Below are positions 1 to 11,481 of a stretch of 64,000 nucleotides of DNA, in pieces (the stretch's first letter is position 1; every line of letters starts with the position of its first letter). The notes under the pieces are model-generated. The model was not told the origin of the DNA. It was given only the letters and a program-made list of their open reading frames with translations, and did no database searches. The stretch covers positions 1-64,000 of the forward strand of contig JACPUC010000012.1 in the NCBI GenBank assembly GCA_016192455.1. Reading direction: 5' to 3'. Made by a program: the position numbers and the translations under genes. The DNA comes from Candidatus Tectimicrobiota bacterium. Lineage in GTDB: Bacteria > JACPUC01.

Positions 1-18
1 CCTCGCGCGCCCCGGCTT

Positions 19-46
19 GGAGGGGCGGTTCGCGAACCGCCCCTAC
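19..46. repeat. REP-like palindrome (GTAG family), copy 1
   Basis: ggaggggcggttcgcgaaccgcccctac; matches the perfect palindrome at 6743-6770 at 27 of 28 positions; extragenic, downstream of mdh. Confidence 0.75.
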
Positions 47-143
47 GGGATGGGCGTGTGGGGGAGCATGGGTTCCTCACAAGCCCCTTGCCAATGCAGC
101 GAACAGCGCCGCAACGATGTAAGCGAACTTCTGAGACGCCACC

Positions 144-2434
<2,291 letters not shown>

Positions 2435-2781
2435 ACGCTCACCTTCACGTCTGCTCGGTAGCTTCCATGCAGGAGCGGCGCGCAACAGCGCTCCGCGCTC
2501 TGCCCGCCTCCGGGCCGGAGACGCAGGCGCACCCCCTTCCAGCTTACCCGCCAAGTAGCATCGCGTGGAGACTGTTGGAGGAAATGGACTCAGGACGAAA
2601 GGCCCGGGGTCGCGCGCCGCGCAGCTTGCCGCGCCGTCGAGGCGCCGCCCGCCTCGCAGACGCACGGCCGCCATCCCCCCGCCGCGGTGCCGCCTCCCTG
2701 CTCGGAGCAAGCTGGGAGGTGCCCCGGCGCCGCACGGTCGAGAGGACACCCGAGAAGGCCACGTAAAATCCCTAAAATATC

Positions 2782-2810
2782 CCATATAACCCCCATCGGG
2801 CAGGTGTCAA
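2782..2810 (-). promoter_or_regulatory. Putative sigma70 promoter for icd-mdh
   Basis: Minus strand TTGACA followed 15-16 nt later by TTATAT/TATATG in an AT-rich patch, then direct-repeat-like gggatattttagggattttac. Confidence 0.45.
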
Positions 2811-2868
2811 GGAGAAAGCGCAGATTTCCTGGAGTTGCCCGTCGCCGCGAAAGGCTTGCCGCACCCCG

Positions 2869-3951
2869 ATGACAGCGCCACCCGCACGTGCTAGCATGGG
2901 TCCCATGGAACCGGCCCACGCGCAACGCCAAACGTCCCCGGCGCGCCTTGCGGTGACCATGGGTGATCCGGCGGGGATCGGTCCGGAGATCGTCGCCAGG
3001 CTCCTTGCCGACCCCGAGGCGGCGCACTGCCGCATCCTCGTGGTGGGAGCAGCGACGGTGCTGCGCGCCAGGCAGGAGGCCCTGGGGTTGCCGGCGGTGG
3101 AGCCGGTCCTGCGCGCCTCCGAGGTGGATGCCGGCACGCTCCCTGCGCGAGGGCTGCCGGGTCATCCCTGCGTGGTCGATGTTGATGATGGGCTGGCCGC
3201 CGGGCTGCGGCTCGGCAAGGTGCAGCCGGAGGCTGGCGAGCTCGCATATCGCTCCATTTGCACGGCGGTGCGCCTGGTGCAGAACGGCCGTGCCGATGCC
3301 GTGGTGACGGCCCCGATCAACAAGGCGGCGCTGCGGCAGGCCGGGCATGCCTACCCCGGCCACACCGAGCTGCTGGCCGAGCTGTGCGGCAGCGGCGACG
3401 TGGCCATGATGATGGCCGAGGAGCGCCTGAAGGTCACCCTGGCAACCATCCACGTGCCCCTCGCCAAGGTGCCGTCGCTGCTGTCTACGGCGGCGATCGG
3501 CAGTGCCATCCGTTTGACGGCGCAGTTCCTCGGCCGCCTCGGCATGCCCGCGCCGCGCCTGGCGGTGGCGGGGCTGAACCCCCACGCCGGCGAGGGCGGC
3601 CTGTTCGGCGACGAGGAGGAGACGATCATCCGTCCCGCCGTCGAGGCGGCGCGCAGCCGCGGCCTTGACGTGAGCGGGCCGCTGCCGGGTGACGTGGTCT
3701 TCCACCAGGCGGTCCTGGGGCGCTACGATGCCGTCATCGCCATGTATCACGACCAGGGGCTCATTCCCGTGAAGCTCCTGGGGTTCGGCCGGGCGGTGAA
3801 CGTGACTCTGGGCCTGCCCTTCCTGCGCACCTCCGTCGATCACGGCACGGCCTTCGATATCGCCGGGCGCGGCGTCGCCGATGCAACGAGCCTGAAGGTC
3901 GCCACCCTGATGGCGGCGCGCTGGGCCGCGAGGTGGCAGCGTGATCCCTAG
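2869..3951 (+). CDS. pdxA: 4-hydroxythreonine-4-phosphate dehydrogenase
   Basis: TMGDPAGIGPE, VTAPINK, YPGHTE, GLNPHAGE, AMYHDQGLIP, RTSVDHGTAFDIAG; true start may be 2896 or 2905. Confidence 0.96.
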   Translation: MTAPPARASMGPMEPAHAQRQTSPARLAVTMGDPAGIGPEIVARLLADPEAAHCRILVVGAATVLRARQEALGLPAVEPVLRASEVDAGTLPARGLPGHPCVVDVDDGLAAGLRLGKVQPEAGELAYRSICTAVRLVQNGRADAVVTAPINKAALRQAGHAYPGHTELLAELCGSGDVAMMMAEERLKVTLATIHVPLAKVPSLLSTAAIGSAIRLTAQFLGRLGMPAPRLAVAGLNPHAGEGGLFGDEEETIIRPAVEAARSRGLDVSGPLPGDVVFHQAVLGRYDAVIAMYHDQGLIPVKLLGFGRAVNVTLGLPFLRTSVDHGTAFDIAGRGVADATSLKVATLMAARWAARWQRDP

Positions 3952-4801
3952 GTCCCGCGGGCGCACCGGCGCGCGCCGGCAGCGGCGGCCGTCGGCCCGC
4001 CTGCGCAGGCGCCAGGGGCGGCACTTCCTGCGCCGCCCGGAGATACTGGCCGAGATCGCGGCCCTGGCGGGCATCGGGCCGCGGCAGACCGTGCTCGAGA
4101 TCGGCTGCGGCGAGGGGTTCCTCACCGCCGCCCTGGCGGAGCAGGCGTGCAAGGTGCTCGCCGTCGAGGTGGATCGGCGCCTCATCGAGGTCGCCCGCCG
4201 CAACCTCCTGCCGGCGCCGAACGTGGCGCTCCTCTGCGCCGACATCCTCAGCCTCGATTTGCGCCGCCTGCCGCCCGGCATCGTCGCGGTGGGGAACCTT
4301 CCGTACTCCATCGCCACGCCGATCATCTTCCGCTGCCTGGAGCATCTCGAGCGCTTCGCCTCGTTGACCTTCACGGTGCAGCTCGAGGTGGCGGAGCGCC
4401 TCGTTGCAAAGCCGGCAACGAAGCCCTACAGCGTGCTGAGCGTCGCCGTGCAGCTCCGCTGTCATGTCGAGGCGCTGCTGAGCATTCCGCGCCGGGCCTT
4501 CTCGCCGCCGCCGCGGGTCGATTCCGCCGTGGTGCGTTTCCTCCCCCTGCGTGAGCCGCCCGTGCCGGCGGCCGAGCAGCCGCAGCTTCTGCGGGTGGTG
4601 CGCACCGCCTTCGCCCAGCGGCGCAAGACGCTGCGCAATGCCCTCCTCGGCGCCGGCTGGCTTGATTGGCGCGGCGGCGACATCGACGCCTGCCTACAGC
4701 GCCTCGGCATTGCTCCCCAGCGCCGCGGGGAGACCTTGAGCCTGGCGGAGTTCGCGGCCCTGGCGCGGGCGGTGCCGCGGCCGCCGGCAGGGCGCCCGTG
4801 A
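3941..4801 (+). CDS. rsmA: 16S rRNA adenine dimethyltransferase
   Basis: VLEIGCGEG, GNLPYSI, FSPPPRVDSAVV, AFAQRRKTLRN; canonical pdxA-rsmA pair. Confidence 0.95.
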   Translation: MIPRSRGRTGARRQRRPSARLRRRQGRHFLRRPEILAEIAALAGIGPRQTVLEIGCGEGFLTAALAEQACKVLAVEVDRRLIEVARRNLLPAPNVALLCADILSLDLRRLPPGIVAVGNLPYSIATPIIFRCLEHLERFASLTFTVQLEVAERLVAKPATKPYSVLSVAVQLRCHVEALLSIPRRAFSPPPRVDSAVVRFLPLREPPVPAAEQPQLLRVVRTAFAQRRKTLRNALLGAGWLDWRGGDIDACLQRLGIAPQRRGETLSLAEFAALARAVPRPPAGRP

Positions 4802-4921
4802 GGCGCGGCCCCGGCTCTCCAAGGTGGCGCGTCGTTTCCCGTCACCACCATCCCCTCCCGGCCCTACGCCCGGCCTTCGCGGGTGAGAGGGCAGGGGAGG
4901 TGCGCGAGGAGGATTTCCGCC

Positions 4922-5500
4922 ATGATCCCTCGCTCTGCCGCCGCTCTCTTGTGGCTTGGAGCCTGCCTCCCGAGCCTTCTCCTGGCCTGGTCCAGCGGTC
5001 CAGCCGGCGCCCAGCCGCGGCTGGACAAACATGAGGTGACGAACCGCGAGTACGCCGCCTTCGTGGCGGCCCAGGGACACCGGCCCCCCGGGCATTGGAA
5101 CGGCGCCAAGCCGGATGATGCCATCGCCGACGAGCCGGTCGTCCTCGTGACGTTCCACGACGCCGAGGCCTACTGCGCCTGGGCGGGGGGCAAGCGCCTG
5201 CCGAACGTGGAGGAGTGGCAGCGCTCCTGCCGGGACCGAGAGCTCGACAAGCTCGGCATGGTCTGGGAATGGACCTCGACGCTCACGCCGGGCCGCGGCG
5301 GAGAAGGATTCAGGGCGCTCTGCGGGCCTGGCCTGGAGAACACCGGCTGCGACTGCTCCCACAGCTACCATCCGACCTGGATGAATGAAGTGAAAGGCTT
5401 TCGCTGCACCGCCGCCCCGCCCATGGCCGAGGTCTGGCCTGGGATCGACAGAGGCGCGGAGCGTTGGGCTGACCGGCAGGCGGAGGAACCTGGCCCCTGA
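4922..5500 (+). CDS. Secreted compact FGE-sulfatase (SUMF1/EgtB C-terminal-like) domain protein
   Basis: Signal peptide; LDKHEVTNREY, PVVLVTFHDAEAYCAWAG, KRLP..EEW, GMVWEWT and GFRC motifs. Confidence 0.8.
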   Translation: MIPRSAAALLWLGACLPSLLLAWSSGPAGAQPRLDKHEVTNREYAAFVAAQGHRPPGHWNGAKPDDAIADEPVVLVTFHDAEAYCAWAGGKRLPNVEEWQRSCRDRELDKLGMVWEWTSTLTPGRGGEGFRALCGPGLENTGCDCSHSYHPTWMNEVKGFRCTAAPPMAEVWPGIDRGAERWADRQAEEPGP

Positions 5501-5685
5501 GGTGATCGAGCGGCGAACCTGGCGGATTTGTTGTAGGGAGGCGGACCCTGCGCCACGGCGAAGGCTGCCGCGCCGCCGTCACGACCGCGCCGGGAGACCA
5601 TCCAGAGGCTTCCCGGCACATACAGCAACGCCACCCGGCGCTGGTCCTGCCGGGCGGCGTTGTTGCTTCACGCAAGCTGCCGCCC

Positions 5686-6645
5686 TTACTTGATGGCCAA
5701 GGGGTTGATGGGGCTGCCGATGCCGCCCTTGATATTCAGCGGCTGGGCGATGAAGAGGAACTCGTAGACACCGTCGGCGGCGCAATCCTCCGAGAGCTTT
5801 TCGAGGTCGAAGAGCTCGCCGATCATGACGCCGAGGTCGCGCAGCAGCACCGCATGCAGCGGGTAGAAGGCATCGGGGTGCTGGATGCGCGAGGGCTCCA
5901 CCTCGAGGGAGACGTTATCGGCCGCCACGGCGGCGATCTCATGCTCGTGGATCCAGGGCGCCGTGTCGATGCCCAACCCCGGGTGGCCGTCCTTCCAGTA
6001 AGCGCTCTTGTCCTTCAGGCTATACCAGAACGGCACGTTGCCGGTGCGGATGAGGAGGGCGTCGCCGCTCTTGATCTCCACCTTCTGCGCCGCGGCGGTG
6101 GCCTCGAGGTCGGCGGCGGTGATGACGGCGCTCCCCTTCAGGGCCTCGGCGCCTTTCTGCCGCAGCACATCGAGGAGCACGCCGCGGGTGACGAATTGGG
6201 TGGCGAACTTGCCGATATCGAGCCGCCGCAGGCCGCCGAAGTTGGGGTTGCGCATGTAGGTCTCGGAGAAGCCGTTGTACATCTGGTTGCCGTACCAGGC
6301 ATGGGCGAGACCGTCCCACTGCGTGGTGCTCTGGGTGGAGAGGTGGATGCCGTCGTCGCTGAACTTCACCCCGCCCTCGGGAATCTTGCCGCCGCCGGGC
6401 GCGCCCAGGGCGTAGTCGCCGGCGCCGAAGCGCATCCAGTGCTCGGGCAGGCCGCGGGCCGGGTGCACGGGACCGTGCCGGTCGAGCGGGATGGCGCAGG
6501 TGATCACCTTCCCCCGGCGCACCAGCTTCATGGCGTTCAAGAGCACCTCGGGGGTGATGTAGTTGGCGGCCCCCAGCTCATCATTGGCCCCCCACTTGCC
6601 CCAGTTCGAGAGGCGCGGGAAGGAGAAGTCGCTCGGCTCGGTCAC
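5686..6645 (-). CDS. Cyclase family metal-dependent hydrolase (kynurenine formamidase-like)
   Basis: SNWGKWGANDELGAANYITP, TQSTTQWDGLAH, RGVLLDV, GDALLIRTG, GELFDLEKL, GSPINPLAI; GTG start after GAGGAGG. Confidence 0.9.
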   Translation of the reverse strand: MTEPSDFSFPRLSNWGKWGANDELGAANYITPEVLLNAMKLVRRGKVITCAIPLDRHGPVHPARGLPEHWMRFGAGDYALGAPGGGKIPEGGVKFSDDGIHLSTQSTTQWDGLAHAWYGNQMYNGFSETYMRNPNFGGLRRLDIGKFATQFVTRGVLLDVLRQKGAEALKGSAVITAADLEATAAAQKVEIKSGDALLIRTGNVPFWYSLKDKSAYWKDGHPGLGIDTAPWIHEHEIAAVAADNVSLEVEPSRIQHPDAFYPLHAVLLRDLGVMIGELFDLEKLSEDCAADGVYEFLFIAQPLNIKGGIGSPINPLAIK

Positions 6646-6742
6646 GGTATCCTCCTCACGGGGCGGGAGCACGGGGGCCTGGCGTTTGAGTGATTCACGG
6701 TTCAAGTGCGAGGGAGCCGTGCCCCCTGGCGCACCCCTAATC

Positions 6743-6770
6743 GTAGGGGCGGTTCGCGAACCGCCCCTAC
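6743..6770. repeat. REP-like perfect 28-bp palindrome (GTAG family), copy 2
   Basis: gtaggggcggttcgcgaaccgcccctac is its own reverse complement; between the nitrilase and cyclase genes. Confidence 0.8.
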
Positions 6771-6881
6771 AGCTCGCGGGAAACGGGAGGCTGGGGGAGC
6801 AAGGGTCCCCCGCCCAACCTCCCCCCGTACCAAGCCGCCCGCGACGCATCCACTTCGCGAGCGAACTTTTACGACCTCACC

Positions 6882-7940
6882 CTACCCCTTCGGCCGCTTC
6901 CAGACGCCGCGTTCCTGCAGGTCGCGGATGACCTTGCGGTGGATTTCCTGGCGCTCGGCGCGCTTCGGCGGCGGCGTGTGCAGAAAGAGGTTTTTCGGGA
7001 AGATCGGCTGCTCGTAGATGAGCTTGTACTGCTCCGTGCGCAGGTCTTTCAACCAGTTGCCGAACAGCGACTTGTCGCGGAAGTCGCGCAGGGCCTCGAT
7101 GTCCACCATAGCGCTGCAGAAGGAGTCGGTGCCGGCGATGTGGTGGGCGATGACCTCGCCCTTGTAGTTGCACATCATCGAATGGCCGCCGGTGATGTCC
7201 CAGCCGTGCGGCGAGTCGGCGCTGAGCATGCCGAGGGCCGGGTTCGGCGCCAGCACGTAGCAGGTGTTGTCGAGGGCGCGCGAGCGGCAGCGCAGCTCGT
7301 ACCAGCCGCGGCCCACCCACGGCTCGGGGTAGCCGGGCATGTAGATGACCTCGGCGCCGTTCATCGCCAGGCCGCGCGCCGTCTCCGGGAAGCTGTGGTC
7401 CATGCAGACGAGGGTGCCGAGGCGGCCGATCTCGGTGTCGCAGACGGGGTAGAAGGCGTTGAGATCATCGCCGTACTTGGCGACGTAGCGGTCCCAGACG
7501 TCGTGCGGCACGGTGCTTGGCTCGTTCGGGTAGACCTGCAGCTTGTGGTACTTGTGGATGACCTTGCCTTCGGGGTTGATGATGTAGGCGAGGTTGAAGT
7601 AGCGGTCCTCGATGAGGTCCGGCTCCACGGCGCGGATTTGGCCGATGAGGTAGATGTTGAAGTCGCGGGCGATGTCGCCCAGGTAGTCGGTCTCCGGCCC
7701 CGGCACCGTGGTCATCAGTTCGCGGCAGGAGCGCACGTGGTCCCAGTCCTGCACCGAGTCGGTGAAGCCCTGGATGGCGCCCTCGGTGAAGCAGATGAGC
7801 TTCACCGGGTACTCGAGGCTGGCCAGCCAGAAGCTGGCGCGGATGCCCTGCGCCAGGTGATCGAGGTTGCGCTTGACGTCATCGCGGCGTTGGATGTTGA
7901 GGAACGTGCTCTGCACGGCGACAGCAGTGTAACGGTCCAT
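6882..7940 (-). CDS. Nitrilase-superfamily carbon-nitrogen hydrolase
   Basis: E-K-C triad contexts FTEG, KYHKL, GTLVCMD-FPE..RGLAMNGAEVI; RBS AGGAGGGAG. Confidence 0.9.
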   Translation of the reverse strand: MDRYTAVAVQSTFLNIQRRDDVKRNLDHLAQGIRASFWLASLEYPVKLICFTEGAIQGFTDSVQDWDHVRSCRELMTTVPGPETDYLGDIARDFNIYLIGQIRAVEPDLIEDRYFNLAYIINPEGKVIHKYHKLQVYPNEPSTVPHDVWDRYVAKYGDDLNAFYPVCDTEIGRLGTLVCMDHSFPETARGLAMNGAEVIYMPGYPEPWVGRGWYELRCRSRALDNTCYVLAPNPALGMLSADSPHGWDITGGHSMMCNYKGEVIAHHIAGTDSFCSAMVDIEALRDFRDKSLFGNWLKDLRTEQYKLIYEQPIFPKNLFLHTPPPKRAERQEIHRKVIRDLQERGVWKRPKG

Positions 7941-8046
7941 GCGGCTCCCTCCTTGTCGTGGAACGGGTCAGCGCAAGGCGCCCCCTTGCCGGCACAGGGC
8001 GGGGCGAGCCTCTCCACGTCTCTAACTTTTCCCAGGTTTAGGGTTC

Positions 8047-8076
8047 AGCTTAGCGTGGCGGAGCGGATCGGGTCAA
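8047..8076 (-). promoter_or_regulatory. Putative sigma70 promoter for the nitrilase gene
   Basis: Minus strand TTGACC-N18-TAAGCT about 105 nt upstream of the ATG. Confidence 0.5.
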
Positions 8077-8171
8077 GGCTGCGGCAGCCCCCACCCTGCC
8101 GTCCTGGGAGCGAAACAGTCGACGCCTTCACCACGACGCTTCAGGCCAGGGTGGTTCGGAACCAGGTCAGG

Positions 8172-8957
8172 TCAAGCAAACGCCGCCGGCAGGTCGCGCT
8201 CCGGGGGACCGTTGTACACGATGTCGCTCGCCGCGGCGGCCTTGAAGGGGCGCTCCTTGGTCATCTGCTCATGACTGTGCGCCACCAGGCCGACGGTGCG
8301 GGCGATGATGAAGAACCCCTTGCCGAGCCGCCAGTCGATGCCGAGATCGGAGATAAGGGCGGCGATGGCCCCATCGACGTTCAGCGGCAGCTCGCGCCCG
8401 AAGCCTTCCTTGATCGCCCCCTCGAGGGCGAGCGCCAGGCTGGTGTTCGGGCCGATGAGGTGCAGCCGCTCGGCCAGCTCGAGCATCTTCAGGGTGCGGG
8501 GATCGGGGTTGTGGATGGGGTGGCCGTAGCCGAGGATGCGCTGTTTCGCCTGCCGGTACTGCTGCACGACGCGCCGCGCCACCTCGGCGTGCTCGACGCC
8601 GGGGTGCGCCGCCAGGGCCTCCTGGAACATCTTGGCGCACTGCTCGATGGCGCCGCCGTGGATGTCCCCCAGGGCGTTCACGCCGGAGGCCACCGCCGCC
8701 TGCATGGGGACGCCGCAGGAGGCCACGAAGCGCGCCGCGTCAATGGAAGGCGCCGCCAGGCTGTGGTCCACGCTGGAGACGAGGATCGCCTCGATAAGCT
8801 TGCCTTCGTTGCCCTTCGGCAGCTCGCCCGCGAACATCAGGTAGACCACGTCGCCGAAGGAGCAGCGCTCCATGAGGTCCTCGATGCGGTAGCCGCGCAC
8901 CAGAATCTTGCTGCGCGCCACGAAGGAGAGTTCGGTTCGCCAGAAATCGTCAGCCAT
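8172..8957 (-). CDS. ccl: Citryl-CoA lyase (CCL / ACL C-terminal, citrate-synthase fold)
   Basis: WRT...ILVRGY, DH..APS, HGGAIE, GYGHPIH.PDPR, LPLNVDGAIAA, ARTVGLVAH; 261 aa, typical of stand-alone CCL rather than full citrate synthase. Confidence 0.85.
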   Translation of the reverse strand: MADDFWRTELSFVARSKILVRGYRIEDLMERCSFGDVVYLMFAGELPKGNEGKLIEAILVSSVDHSLAAPSIDAARFVASCGVPMQAAVASGVNALGDIHGGAIEQCAKMFQEALAAHPGVEHAEVARRVVQQYRQAKQRILGYGHPIHNPDPRTLKMLELAERLHLIGPNTSLALALEGAIKEGFGRELPLNVDGAIAALISDLGIDWRLGKGFFIIARTVGLVAHSHEQMTKERPFKAAAASDIVYNGPPERDLPAAFA

Positions 8958-9064
8958 GTGAGTCGCCCCTGTTCGAGTTGCGTCGTCTGGGATGACGTGG
9001 TCGCGTTGAACCGTCGGCGTTGACCCGCGGGAATGGCGCCCGCCGCCAGCCCGCCCGCGCCGCC

Positions 9065-9979
9065 TCAGGTCTTCAGCACCGCGCGCAGCCCGCCGACGAG
9101 GTCGTGCAGCTCCTCGACGACGTGGATGCCGGCGGCGCGCATGGCGGCCATCTTCGTCCTCGTGCTGCCGCGCTCCCCCTCGACGAGCACCGCCGCATGC
9201 CCGAAGCGCATGCCCGGCATCTCATCGACGAAGCGCCCGGCGATGAAGGCGAAGACCGGCAGGGTGGATCCCCCCTTGACGTAGAACTCGGAGAAGGTCT
9301 CCTCGGCGTTGCCCCCCGGCTCGCAGAAGATGACCATGGCCTGCGTCGCCGGGTCCTCCTGGAAGAGGGGCAGCACGTCCATGTACGTGGTGCCGACCAT
9401 CGGGTCGCCGCCGATGCTGACGCAGGTGCTCTGGCCGATCCCCGCCTGGGTGAGGAGGTTGGCGATCTCGGTGGTCATGCCGCCGCTGCGGGAGACGATG
9501 CCCACCGGCCCCTCGGTGTAGGCCTTGCGCACGTCCGCCGCCGGCCCGCCCACCATGCCCGCCTTGGCGCGCGGCGGCGACAGGATGCCGAGGGAGTTCG
9601 GCCCCACGATGCGGGCGCCGCGCTCGTTCGCGAAGGCGATGAAATCGACCACGTCGTGCCGCGGCACGCGCTCCGTCACCACGACGACGAGCTGCACCCC
9701 GGCGTCCACCGCCTCGTAGACGGCGCCGCGCACGAACCCCGCCGGCACCGAGATGACGCTGGTGTTGGCGCCGTGCCGCTCCACCGCCTCGGCGACGCAG
9801 TCGTACACCGGCACGCCGTAGATCGACTCGCCTCCCTTGCCGGGGGTGCAGCCGGCGACGACCTTCGCCCCATAATCGAGGGAATGCTTCGTGAACGTGG
9901 TGGCCTCGCGGCCGGTGATGCCCTGCACTACGATTCGCGTCGCGTCGTCAATCAGAATCGCCACCGTCGATCTCCCCAC
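9065..9979 (-). CDS. SucD-like CoA ligase alpha subunit; probable citryl-CoA synthetase small subunit (CcsB-like)
   Basis: VQGITG, GPNSLG, VSRSGG, SIGGDP, phospho-His motif RFGHA; likely start is the GTG at 9964. Confidence 0.85.
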   Translation of the reverse strand: MGRSTVAILIDDATRIVVQGITGREATTFTKHSLDYGAKVVAGCTPGKGGESIYGVPVYDCVAEAVERHGANTSVISVPAGFVRGAVYEAVDAGVQLVVVVTERVPRHDVVDFIAFANERGARIVGPNSLGILSPPRAKAGMVGGPAADVRKAYTEGPVGIVSRSGGMTTEIANLLTQAGIGQSTCVSIGGDPMVGTTYMDVLPLFQEDPATQAMVIFCEPGGNAEETFSEFYVKGGSTLPVFAFIAGRFVDEMPGMRFGHAAVLVEGERGSTRTKMAAMRAAGIHVVEELHDLVGGLRAVLKT

Positions 9980-10031
9980 CTCAGTGCATCGTCAGAGTTC
10001 CCCCCGGGTTCGTTGTCGAGCTCGTTGCTGC

Positions 10032-11219
10032 TTACGCCGCCGCAAAGGCCGCCACGGCGCGCCGCGCTGCTTCGTCGATGGAAACGGTGCGGTCGCAGTA
10101 CGTGACGCCGTACTTCTTCAGGATCATGAAGCCGTCCCCCTCGTAGGAGCCGGGAATGCGGAAAATGGCGATCTTCTCCGCCGGCTTCTCGCCGCGCTCG
10201 ACGATGGCCTTGATGACGCCGCGGGCGACCAGATCGACGCGAGTGTTGCTGACGACGTTCATGATGACGGCGATCTTCTCCACCCCCGGCTTGCTGAGGA
10301 GGTGGGCAACGAGGCGCTGCACCTTGCGGACGCTGGGGTTGCCGCCGATCTCGCAGTAGTTCGCCGGCTTGCCGCCGTGCTTGCGGATGGCGTCGAAGAC
10401 CGTCAGGCTGGCGCCGCCGCCGCCGATGAGGAGGCCGAGCTGGCCGTCGAACTCGATCATGCGGCCGGCCACGCCGCGGTGGTCGCTGGCGTCGATCGCC
10501 GCCGCCGCCAGCTCGAAGGGCGTGGGGGGACGGGCGCCGGCCTCGCGCTTCGGGATGCCGTACTTCTCCTGCAGCTCGGCGTGCCGGCTGAGGGCGTCAT
10601 CCTCGATGTCGATGTGGGCGTCGGCGGCCAGGAAGCGGCCGTCGGCGGTCTGCACGATGGGGTTGATCTCGGCGATCGTCGCATCCATGCGCTGGAAGAG
10701 AGTGGCGAGGCGGTGCAGGATGGCGCCGAGCTGCATGAGGGGGCGGCCGCTGAGGCCGGCCTTGCCGACCATCTGGCGGGCATGGAAGTCATGGAAGCCG
10801 ACGCGGGGGTTGTAGGCGCGGCTGACGACGGCCTCCGGGCGCTCCTTGGCGAGAGTCTCGATGTCCACCCCGCCGGCGGCCGAGAAGAGCACCACCGGCT
10901 GCTTCTGGGCGAGGTTGTGGGTGGCCGCGGCGAAGAACTCCTGCTCCACCTGCAGGCGCTCCTCGACCAAGAGCTTCTCCACCTTATGGTTCAGTATGGT
11001 GCGGCCCAGGAGGTCGGCGGCGATGGCGCGGGCTTCCGCTTCGGTGTCGGCGAACTTCACGCCGCCCGCCTTCATGCGGCCGCCCGAGAGCACCTGTACC
11101 TTCAGGACGCGCCGCGCATCTCCGGCGATCTCCTCCGGGGAGCTGATCACCTGGCCTTGCGGGAGTGGAATGCCGTAGGCAGCCAGCAGCCGTTTCGCTT
11201 CGTATTCGTAGAGTCGCAT
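10032..11219 (-). CDS. SucC-like ATP-grasp CoA ligase beta subunit; probable citryl-CoA synthetase large subunit (CcsA-like)
   Basis: MRLYEYEAK, GGRMKAGGV, EINP; second half PTPFE..A..ID..DHRG.AG..EFDG, GGGGAS, EIGGNP, LSKPG, NTRVD resembles CcsA more than SucC (which has NGAGLAM and NIFGGI). Confidence 0.8.
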   Translation of the reverse strand: MRLYEYEAKRLLAAYGIPLPQGQVISSPEEIAGDARRVLKVQVLSGGRMKAGGVKFADTEAEARAIAADLLGRTILNHKVEKLLVEERLQVEQEFFAAATHNLAQKQPVVLFSAAGGVDIETLAKERPEAVVSRAYNPRVGFHDFHARQMVGKAGLSGRPLMQLGAILHRLATLFQRMDATIAEINPIVQTADGRFLAADAHIDIEDDALSRHAELQEKYGIPKREAGARPPTPFELAAAAIDASDHRGVAGRMIEFDGQLGLLIGGGGASLTVFDAIRKHGGKPANYCEIGGNPSVRKVQRLVAHLLSKPGVEKIAVIMNVVSNTRVDLVARGVIKAIVERGEKPAEKIAIFRIPGSYEGDGFMILKKYGVTYCDRTVSIDEAARRAVAAFAAA

Positions 11220-11291
11220 CGCGGCACTCCCCTGCGAGTGGTCGTTGCGGCACGCCGCGCCGGTAGCGGCACATGCTCATCGTCGCAGGTA

Positions 11292-11320
11292 GGTATGCTC
11301 CCTTGGCGAGGGGATTGCAA
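11292..11320 (-). promoter_or_regulatory. Putative sigma70 promoter for the ccsA-ccsB-ccl-like operon
   Basis: Minus strand TTGCAA-N17-CATACC about 70 nt upstream of the ATG at 11219. Confidence 0.35.
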
Positions 11321-11481
11321 CGCCGAGAGGCTGCCAGGCGGCTGCCCGGAGCACGCGCCCGCCGCCGCGCAGGATGGTTAGCTCCGCGCCTGAAGACGCC
11401 GGGCGGCGTGCAGGCCCGGAATAGCGCCGCGGCGCACGCGGGGCACGCCCCTGGCGCGCCCTCCCCCATCGCCGTGTCACG

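Noticed and set aside
11304..11319. Sigma54-like TGGCGAGGGGATTGCA
   Set aside because: Correct -24/-12 spacing but on the plus strand, pointing antisense into pstS; better explained by the overlapping minus-strand sigma70 candidate
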